From Halomicronema hongdechloris C2206 (GTDB lineage: Bacteria > Cyanobacteriota > Cyanobacteriia > Phormidesmidales > Phormidesmidaceae), in assembly GCF_002075285.3 (NCBI RefSeq), contig NZ_CP021983.2, positions 2,040,001 to 2,072,000 on the forward strand: a stretch of 32,000 bases of DNA, given 5' to 3'. Below the pieces are notes generated by a model, which made no database searches, was not told the origin of the DNA, and saw only the letters and a program-made list of their open reading frames with translations. Position 1 is the first letter of the stretch, and each line of letters begins with the position of its first letter. The position numbers and the translations under genes were made by a program. Below are positions 25,024 through 32,000 of this stretch, piece by piece.

Positions 25024-26294
25024 CTAGACCGTGACGAAAGTCGTCTCCGTCAGGACTGTGGTGTCAACATTTGGGAAGCTGAAACTGAAGTCGCCGTCGC
25101 CGTTGAGGTCATTGGGGTCGGCGATGTTCAGCAGGTCAACGACTTCAGTCTTCTCGATAAAACCGTCGGTATTGGTCTCAGAGAGATCCACCTTGAAGAT
25201 CTTCTTGAACTGGGCGGCCTCCCCCTGGCGACCATCTCGCTCAATCACGAGGAACTCGTTCTCGTTGATGGGGGTGAAGTCGCCGATCGCGTGGTTGGCC
25301 TCATCGAGCTGGTAGCGACCCAACAGTCCGGTGAATTCGCTGCTGGCCACGTCGAACTCATAGAGGCGCAGGGAGCCTTCGGGGTCACCGAAGACGGTGC
25401 CCTCCAGCAGGGGATAGAGGGTTTGGCGATCGGGGCTGAAGGCCATGCCCTCATAGCCGCGTGAGCCGCTCAGGTTGGCAGACTCCTCGGCGGTTTCGAA
25501 CTGCTCCACCACGATCCGGCCGGTTTCGGGGAAGTCGGTGAAGAAGCCATCTACCCCCAGCTCGATCAACTGGCGGAATTCCTCGCCCGTGGTCTGGGGT
25601 GTGCCGTCCTGGTTCAGGGTGAGGAAGCGCTCCTCATCCCGCAGGGTATAGGGATGCACCTGCAGGCCGGCAGCGTGGGCAAAGTCAACCAGCGGGAAAA
25701 CGTCGCCGGTGAGCCGGGAGGTGATTTCGGCCACGCCGTCGCCGTTGCCGTCGACCGGCTCATCCAGGGACTCCCGCAGCAGGATGTTGTTCTTCCAAGG
25801 ACCGAGGCCGTCTGCATAGCGGCTGATTTCCGCGATCGCCTCCGGATTGGCCAGGGAGTCATAGCCGGGATTCTCGAAGTCGCTGCCGGTCAAGTTGTGC
25901 CCAGCAGTGTCGCCGTTTTGAATGTCGAAGGGAATGAAGCCATTGGGGTCAGAAAGTTGCACAAACCCCTGCACCCAACGCCGCTATCGCCGCCCTGGCC
26001 ATTGAAGCTAGGCGCGAGCTGATATAGCCGCAGCAGATAGTCGCTGCTGTTGGCCTCATTGCCAAAACCGTTGTCAGAGAGGAACCAGAAGGTGTCGCCC
26101 TCGCTGCCGGGGGCAAACTGTACGGCGCTGAAACCCTGCACAGGCTGTCCCTGGAAGGGACCAGTGCGCCCGTTGGCAGAGATGGGCTGAACGCGTGCGA
26201 TCGCGTCAATATTGCCGTTATCCCCCCCGGCAGGAGGCCCTTCTGCAAAGGTATCAGCGGGCAAAAATGCGAAACCTAGTAGCGTACTTTCCAT
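25024..26294 (-). pseudogene. disrupted phytase-like esterase / glycerophosphodiester phosphodiesterase chimera
   Basis: - Two overlapping ORFs (25890..26294 and 25024..25974).
- The first has a phytase-like N-terminus without a signal peptide ([19 protein letters not shown] ... [10 protein letters not shown]).
- Only the C-terminal half of a GDPD barrel follows (YADGLGPWK ... VHPYTLRDE ... GVDGFFTDFPE).
- Phytase-like sequence then resumes (SRGYEGMAFSPDRQTLYPLLEG).
- The frame breaks near the C-runs at 25966-25976. Confidence 0.6.
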
Positions 26295-26681
26295 GGATTC
26301 GTTAGGGGATTTATCCTCTCCAAAACGCCATGGCTTAGATTGTCACGCCCTCATTAAATAAACATCTCAACGCATTAATTTGCTATTAAGTAAGAAGTAA
26401 CTCTTGGTTATCGTGCCAACTCCAGATTAGACTCCAGATTGGGTAGGGTAAGTGTTTCATCGTTTGATTAAAAAAGCAGACAGCAATCTTAATTTTGTGG
26501 GAGAGATTTGACAAACCGTGTATAAATATTGTGTCGCATTGACTTTTGAGTCCTGATAGGGCACCATGATAGGCCCTGAGGTTGCTTTTATGGGAATACG
26601 GACTGTTTTTCGCCTAAAGCAGCTTACTGTCAACACCAGGACAGTAGCCTCGGTGTTGACCTGGCAACTCTATCTAAGCGC

Positions 26682-26864
26682 TCAAAGATTGTTGATGAAC
26701 TGCTTTGGCGTCATTCCTTTGATCTGCTTAAACACATGGGTGAAGTGGGATTGATCGCTAAACCCAAACAGGTAAGCAACTTGAGCAATGGTGTCTCCCT
26801 GGTTGAGAAAATGAGTGGCTTTTTCAATGCGTCGCTTGAGTAGATATCTGTGGGGTGTCAGCAC
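26682..26864 (-). pseudogene. AraC-family regulator fragment (last HTH only)
   Basis: LTPHRYLLKRRIEKATHFLNQGDTIAQVAYLFGFSDQSHFTHVFKQIKGMTPKQF is the C-terminal ~55 aa of an AraC/XylS HTH domain. The N-terminal ~200 aa are absent. Confidence 0.65.
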
Positions 26865-27534
26865 CGCCGATCTCTACACCAATGGCAACAGTGAGCGCAT
26901 GCTGGGACGGTTTGTGAAGGAGAGCAGCACTCGCGATCGCATCGTCATCACCACCAAATTCAGCTACAACGCTGAACCGGGCAACCCCAACGCGGGCGGC
27001 AATGGACGCAAGAATATCCTCCGCGCCGTGGAAGGGTCATTGCAACGCCTGGGCACCGACTACATCGATGTCTACATCTTCATACCTGGGATCAGGTAAC
27101 GCCTGCCGAGGAAGTCATGCGGACCCTGGATGATCTAGTGCGGTCAGGCAAAGTGCGCTACGTGGCCTTATCCGACTCTCCCGCCTGGTATGTGGCCCAG
27201 GCCCAGACCCTGGCCCAGGAGCGCTACTGGGAACCCATCAGCATCGTACAGCTGGAATATTCCTTAGCCGAACGCAACATCGAGTTTGAGTACATCCAAG
27301 CTACACCAGCTGCAAGATAACCTCGCTGCCCTGGACTTCGAGATTCCGGCAGAGCTACAGCAGCGGTTGGATCAGGTCAGCCGCCCTGAAACCCACTTTC
27401 CTTACACCTTCTTCGAACCTGGTCTGCAAGGCATGATCAACGGTGGAGCAACGGTAGGAGATAAGCCAACGTCCTATTATCCGCCTGTGCTAGTTCAAGG
27501 GGCTGGGGCTGGAGTCACTTCAAAGGATGTTTGA
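26863..27534 (+). pseudogene. aldo/keto reductase (aryl-alcohol dehydrogenase-like) with 5' truncation, 1-nt deletion and internal deletion
   Basis: Three frames carry collinear AKR pieces:
- TADLYTNGNSERMLGRF ... YIDVYIF
- TWDQVTPAEEVMRTLDDLVRSGKVRYVALSDSPAWYV ... LEYSLAERNIEFEYI
- SKLHQLQDNLAALDFEIPAELQQRLD

The first ~45 aa are missing. Confidence 0.7.
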
Positions 27535-27736
27535 ACAGGAAGCCTATTGGTGGCATAAGTCATACGATGCATAAACTCCTCGCCAACAAACCAGGAGGAG
27601 ATTTGATCTCGGCAGCGGTCGGAGCGGGCTCCCTTCAGCAGACTTTCCATGGGCTCTCACCCTGCATCCGGCGATCGCGATAGACTAGTAAAGCTAACAT
27701 TCGCCTATCACACCCCACAGGGCAGCCAGAGCAACA

Positions 27737-28381
27737 ATGGCACTCGCAAGCGATCGACCCATCCAACCGATTTCCCTAAGTTTTGAGGCGTTTCTCGCTC
27801 AATATGGCGATGACAGCCGCTATGAACTCATTGATGGAGAACTGTTTGACTTGGAACCGACGGGGCCTCATGAGCAAGTGGCAGCAGCGATTGCCCGCTG
27901 GCTCAATTACGACATCGTGCAGCAAGGGGCCGATTACTTTATCCCCCATCGCTGCTTAATCAAACCCTTGGCAAACCAGACCGGGTTTCGCCCCGATGTG
28001 ATCGTCTTAGATCGCGCCGCCCTTCCTCAAGAGCCGCTGTGGGCCAGCCAACCCGTTGTTACCCTCGGGAGCAGCATCAAATTTGTGGCGGAGGTCGTTA
28101 GCAGCAACTGGCAAAACGACTATGCCCGCAAACTTGAAGACTACGCCCTGCTGGGCATTCCAGAATACTGGATCGCCGACTATCAAGGACTCGGCGGCGA
28201 ATTCTTCATTGGTCGGCCTAAACAACCCACGTTAACCGTCTGTATTTTGAACTCGGAAGGGCGTTACGACCGGCAACTGCTGCGCGGCGATCAGCGCATC
28301 ACGTCTGCTGTCTTTCCCAACTTGAACCTGACCGCCAAAGTCATCCTCGGGTTGGATGAGTCGGCAAGATTTAGCGGATAG
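27737..28381 (+). CDS. Uma2 family endonuclease (DUF820)
   Basis: YELIDGEL, RPDVIVL, EVVSSNW..D...K...Y...GIPEYWIADY. This is the PD-(D/E)xK-like pattern of the abundant cyanobacterial Uma2 family. Confidence 0.85.
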   Translation: MALASDRPIQPISLSFEAFLAQYGDDSRYELIDGELFDLEPTGPHEQVAAAIARWLNYDIVQQGADYFIPHRCLIKPLANQTGFRPDVIVLDRAALPQEPLWASQPVVTLGSSIKFVAEVVSSNWQNDYARKLEDYALLGIPEYWIADYQGLGGEFFIGRPKQPTLTVCILNSEGRYDRQLLRGDQRITSAVFPNLNLTAKVILGLDESARFSG

Positions 28382-28420
28382 ACCGTCTTTAACGGACTTT
28401 GCGATCGCAGAGCGAGGACT

Positions 28421-29173
28421 CTAGTACTTAAGCACCAGGGGAAGGGTAGGTCGAGCATCGAGAAGCTGGCCATGTCGGCCACCATCGAAGGTGAGCACGG
28501 CCAAGGGAGTCGTAGCAGTGCTCATCTCAACGCCTGCTTGGCAGAGGATGGCGTGCATGCGTGGGGCCAGCTGCGGATTTTGGGTGGCAATGGTGATGTC
28601 AGTTAATCGTCGGATGCCAAGGGGATGGGAGACGAGGTGTTGATGGGTTGGGCAGTTGAGGTTTAAGAGGGCCGCCAGGGTGATATGCTGCGGGACTAAA
28701 AAGCACAGGGGCTCTGCTTGATGGACTCGGTTTTCCGCTGAAAAGCAAACAGATGCCTCTGTGACTAACGTAGAGCCGCAGGCGGCAGGCTCTGTCCCCT
28801 GATGGGGCTTGCCACGAGGGGGCCGGGAGCGCAAGCCGAGGCCAAAGGGAGAGGCCCTCGTCTGGGGCCAATGGGCCCGAGCTAACAGGTCCACGCCCGT
28901 TTCGATGGCGCTGTGCGCCGCCGAGATGGGATCGGTGATCCAGATGAGTTCTAAGTAAACATTCTCAAAAAGGATGAGTCGAGCGGCGGTGCCATGCTCG
29001 GTTCGGTCAAGGGGTGGAGTCGAGCTGCAGAGGCCAAGCTGTTGTAGGCCTGATGCGGTGACTGGCGTTGGCAGGCAGATAAACAGATGGTCGATTTCTA
29101 GGGGGAGCGTTGCCTGCTGGGTACAGTCTGCGATCGCATGTCGACGATGGTTCATAAAAGTCCCCGATGGCAC
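28421..29173 (-). CDS. glyoxalase-like (VOC superfamily) domain protein
   Basis: The N-terminal segment IDHLFICLP...GL...HGTAARLILFENVYLELIWI resembles the Glyoxalase_3-type domain from memory. The rest was not recognised. The start may be M7 (29155). Confidence 0.5.
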   Translation of the reverse strand: MPSGTFMNHRRHAIADCTQQATLPLEIDHLFICLPTPVTASGLQQLGLCSSTPPLDRTEHGTAARLILFENVYLELIWITDPISAAHSAIETGVDLLARAHWPQTRASPFGLGLRSRPPRGKPHQGTEPAACGSTLVTEASVCFSAENRVHQAEPLCFLVPQHITLAALLNLNCPTHQHLVSHPLGIRRLTDITIATQNPQLAPRMHAILCQAGVEMSTATTPLAVLTFDGGRHGQLLDARPTLPLVLKY

Positions 29174-29617
29174 TAGGAAACACTTGGCAGGCCCCTCATA
29201 GAGAATACCGAAGCCAACTATTGAGAAAAATTCTCATCTGTCTGCTGTATTCTGTCAAGGGTGGTCTGGCCCATGGGAGGGAGTCTGCTGGGAAAATATC
29301 CTAGGCTCGCGAGTAAACAGATATATAATTGGAAATCTAGCGATTTATCGGCACTTACCCGGTTATCAGGGCCTTGACAACGTCAAGATTGTGCCCATTC
29401 GCCAGTTTTGAATCGAAGGCCCCAGGTTGGCTATGGGAGGGCCAGTCTCAGGATTTTCTCTGAGCAGGGCTTTAGGGAGACGGTTGATTTGATACACTTG
29501 ACACAGCTGAGAACCAGTAAACTTGAGCTAAGGCATGGCTGGCTGGATACCGTCATGTTAGTTGGTTCGTTTAGAGCCGCACTCTTTAAGCCCGATTAAC
29601 AGGCTGGGGCCATTAGG

Positions 29618-29663
29618 TCATGGGAGTGTTAACTTATTGACCGCACCATCATGGGGAGTTAAC
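29618..29663 (+). repeat. direct repeat TCATGGG(G)AG(TG)TTAAC x2, upstream of the DUF3102 gene
   Basis: TCATGGGAGTGTTAAC at 29618-29633 and TCATGGGGAGTTAAC at 29649-29663. The ATGGGAG core also occurs at 29273 and 29433. Confidence 0.6.
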
Positions 29664-29765
29664 CTGATATGTTATCCCAGAGCAGGTATGACCTGCGAGG
29701 GTGTCGATCTGAATAGGGCCCTGGGGCTGTCGCACGTATGCTAGGTTGAGCATCATTAAATCAGC

Positions 29766-30758
29766 ATGAGTAAACAGGATATCGTCAAACAGGCTGAGGT
29801 AGTCACGAGCTTCGACTATGACGGTCTTGAGCCTGGGCAACAGTCGGTTGTCCGACAGTGCACTGGTGAAATCAAAGAGCGCCTACAGCGTTCAGCCCAA
29901 GACATTTGGGAGGTGGGACAACGACTGGCAGAAGTACGGGCCTGTCTTCAATATGGGCAATTCGACTCCTGGCTGCAGGCAGAATTCGGCTGGAGTCGGC
30001 GCACGGCCTATAATTTTATTAATGTTTACGAGACGTTTCAAGAACGTGCAAATCTTGCACAACTCAATATTGCCACCTCCGCGCTCTATTTGCTAGCCGC
30101 CCCCTCTACTCCCCCTGAGGTGCGCCATGACTTCCTGAATCGGGCTAAGGCCGGGGAGAAAGTAACCCACAAGGAGCTCGCCCAGACCCTAAGGGGGAAA
30201 CCCTCATCCTCTTCACCGCGGTCTTCATCCCAGCCCGCGCCTCCATCGAAACCGTCGACCACTGGCATCGTCAAGGTCATTCCCAAGTCGGCAGATTCCC
30301 GTGAGTCCCCCTCAGCAGCTACCTCCTCACCCCCATCGGTACCTGCCTCTGAGCTGGCCACCATCCAACCGGGCTGGTATCGCCTCGGTGGTCAGCATGT
30401 CCTGTTTTGCGGCGATACGGCCTCCGATCAGTTTGCTCAACGGGTGCCTCAGGTGGCCTTTGCCCTGGCCATCACCTCCAACGACTGGGATCATGACTGG
30501 CTCATCGATCAGGCCAGAACCGTGACAATTTTGGCCGAGGCCGACGTGCAGGCGGGCATGGTTGAGGCTCTGTTGCAGATGTTCTCAAACCCTCAGGAGT
30601 CGGTGCTGTTTCCCTGGCTCCCTCGGGCAGATATGCTGGCCATCGCCCATCGCCTTGGTCGTCGGGTATATGCCGGTGACGCCGATCCAGAACGTTGCCG
30701 TGCGGCCGTTGCGGCGGCGGGGTTAATCCCGCAGCCCCTGCCGCTGCATCAAAATTAA
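29766..30758 (+). CDS. DUF3102 domain protein fused through a Ser/Pro linker to a methyltransferase-N-terminus-like domain
   Basis: The DUF3102-like core is IWEVGQRLAEVRACLQYGQFDSWLQAEFGWSRRTAYNFINVYETF. An S/P-rich linker covers aa ~145-195. The C-terminal part begins GWYRLGGQHVLFCGDTASDQF. Confidence 0.65.
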   Translation: MSKQDIVKQAEVVTSFDYDGLEPGQQSVVRQCTGEIKERLQRSAQDIWEVGQRLAEVRACLQYGQFDSWLQAEFGWSRRTAYNFINVYETFQERANLAQLNIATSALYLLAAPSTPPEVRHDFLNRAKAGEKVTHKELAQTLRGKPSSSSPRSSSQPAPPSKPSTTGIVKVIPKSADSRESPSAATSSPPSVPASELATIQPGWYRLGGQHVLFCGDTASDQFAQRVPQVAFALAITSNDWDHDWLIDQARTVTILAEADVQAGMVEALLQMFSNPQESVLFPWLPRADMLAIAHRLGRRVYAGDADPERCRAAVAAAGLIPQPLPLHQN

Positions 30759-31521
30759 AGGCCATCCCACACCAGTGGCGCCGGCAGATGCGATCGCTTC
30801 CCTCTACCGCCAGGGTAGCCGCATACCCAGGGGCAGGGTTGACCTCATAGAGAGACCAATGCTCAGACATCGCCGGCTGCCATTGTACGTTGACCAGGGC
30901 AGGGAGTGCCTGGGGGGCCAGGGTCACCTCCACCTGGTCCAGCGGGGCCGATAATCCCTGTCCGATGGCCTTGAGAAAGGCCTCCTTACGGGTCCAGCCA
31001 TGAAAAAACACCTGGGCTTGCTGAGAAGGAGGCACTTGCCGGAAAATAGCCTGCTCTCGCGGAGAAAAATATCCCGCGACTATCTCTTGGCAGGTGATAT
31101 CGGAGCGAATCGCCTCTAGATCTACCCCCACCCGACGTCCCCAGGCAACCGCATAGAGGGCCAATCCCTGGGAATGGGAGAGGTTAAAGCAGAGCTCCTG
31201 GTCGCCCTGCCGTGGGACCAACGCCGGCTTGCCCCTAGAACCATAGTGAAAGGCGAGCGCTGGGGCGGCTTGCCCCAGGTAGTACCCCAGCAGTTGCCGC
31301 AGCCGCCCCCGGGCCACGATAAAGTGTTGGCGGTCGCGCTCGAAGTAAAAACGCTCGGCCCGGGCCCGCTCCCCCTCGCAGAGAACTTCATAGAGTGCCT
31401 CCACCGTCGACGGTGCCACCTCCAGGGACAGGCGCCAGAGATGAACCTGGTCAGGGGCAAGTACCAATGGGTTTGGGGGTAGCTGCCAATCCTCCTCGGC
31501 GGCAACAGTTACTGGCATCAC
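30502..31521 (-). CDS. Sfp-type 4'-phosphopantetheinyl transferase
   Basis: RAERFYFERDRQHFIVARGRLRQLLG, GKPAL, FNLSHSQGLALYAV, GVDLE and WTRKEAFLKAIGQGL. The likely start is ATG 31518, after GAGGAGG. The last ~90 codons (30502-30780) are R/P/G-rich and overlap the convergent gene, so the true 3' end is uncertain. Confidence 0.8.
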   Translation of the reverse strand: MMPVTVAAEEDWQLPPNPLVLAPDQVHLWRLSLEVAPSTVEALYEVLCEGERARAERFYFERDRQHFIVARGRLRQLLGYYLGQAAPALAFHYGSRGKPALVPRQGDQELCFNLSHSQGLALYAVAWGRRVGVDLEAIRSDITCQEIVAGYFSPREQAIFRQVPPSQQAQVFFHGWTRKEAFLKAIGQGLSAPLDQVEVTLAPQALPALVNVQWQPAMSEHWSLYEVNPAPGYAATLAVEGSDRICRRHWCGMAFNFDAAAGAAGLTPPPQRPHGNVLDRRHRHIPDDQGDGRWPAYLPEGARETAPTPEGLRTSATEPQPCPPARRPRPKLSRFWPDR

Positions 31522-31544
31522 GGAGACACCTCCTCAAGAGCAGA

Positions 31545-32000
31545 TCACAGGGAAATCAATGAGGCCAAGGCTCGGTGGAGGGCTTGCCCTAGCATGGGTT
31601 GTGCCGCATGGAGAAAAAAGTGATCCCCAGGCAGCATCTGCAGCGAGAATCCTGAGCAGGTCTGCTGCCGCCAGGCTTCCAACATCTCACAGGTGACATC
31701 TGGATCCTGTAGTCCCCCAAATGCCGCGATTGGACAGTTAAGCGGGGGCGCGGGCTCATAGCCATAGGTCTCTAGCACCGCGAAGTCGGCCCTGAGGGTG
31801 GGCAACAGCAGCTGCATCAACTCTCGATTCTCCAGGACGGCCGCCGGTGTCCCATTCAAGCGCCGCAACTCGGCGATAAACTCGGCCTCTGGCAGGGCAT
31901 GAATGGGGGGATCCGGATCGGGCCATTGGGGCGCCCGCCGCCCGGAGATAAACAGCTGCCCCGGCTGCCGCTGGAGCCGACGCAGCCGCCGGGCCACTTC
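31545..32000 (-). CDS. type II thioesterase (NRPS/PKS-associated), 5' end outside the window
   Basis: LFISGRRAP ... LNGTPAAVLENRELMQLLLPTLRADFAVLETYGY ... CPIAAFGGLQDPDV ... LPGDHFFL matches the C-terminal two thirds of editing thioesterases (GrsT/TycF type). The stop lies 24 nt before the PPTase start. Confidence 0.8.
   Translation of the reverse strand, partial: EVARRLRRLQRQPGQLFISGRRAPQWPDPDPPIHALPEAEFIAELRRLNGTPAAVLENRELMQLLLPTLRADFAVLETYGYEPAPPLNCPIAAFGGLQDPDVTCEMLEAWRQQTCSGFSLQMLPGDHFFLHAAQPMLGQALHRALASLISL

Noticed and set aside
29408-29744. Two ~60-aa plus-strand ORFs, and one on the minus strand (29649..29840), in the region upstream of the DUF3102 gene.
   Set aside because: They use non-ATG starts, have no recognisable motifs and overlap one another. 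The region is better described as repeat-bearing non-coding DNA until expression data say otherwise.

Overview
The window reads as a cyanobacterial chromosome segment. The backbone is GC-rich (about 60% in the 60-nt lines I hand-counted) and carries the HIP1 octamer GCGATCGC at 16 sites found by eye. No rRNA, tRNA or CRISPR array was seen.

- **1-20 kb, ordinary genes:** riboflavin synthase, a DUF151 nuclease, an Fe-S aldo/keto reductase, a NodB deacetylase, a ferrochelatase-fold paralogue with a His-rich tail, a Ser/Thr kinase, a CPBP protease, an SDR, a REC-class III cyclase, one intact and one frameshifted GNAT, endonuclease V, a membrane-anchored class-3 lipase, a pentapeptide-repeat protein, a >1100-aa RTX-tailed ExeM/NucH-type nuclease and a parvulin PPIase.
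- **20.06-27.5 kb, plasticity zone:** a decayed ISKra4-like transposase and a 41-bp tandem duplication are followed by an AT-rich, HIP1-free ~4 kb island. The island holds the zone's only intact genes, an HlyD-like adaptor and a PilZ-bearing BcsA-like glycosyltransferase. After it come three pseudogenes: a chimeric phytase-like/GDPD gene, an AraC fragment, and an aldo/keto reductase with a 5' truncation, a 1-nt deletion and an internal deletion.
- **27.7-32 kb:** a Uma2 nuclease, a glyoxalase-like protein, and a DUF3102 fusion protein behind a 590-bp repeat-bearing non-coding region. An Sfp-type PPTase and a type II thioesterase then run off the window and probably mark the edge of an NRPS/PKS cluster.

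The best candidate for something unusual is the apparently acquired two-gene HlyD-like + c-di-GMP-gated synthase module and its decayed surroundings. I see no clearly new multi-gene system that I can support from sequence alone.
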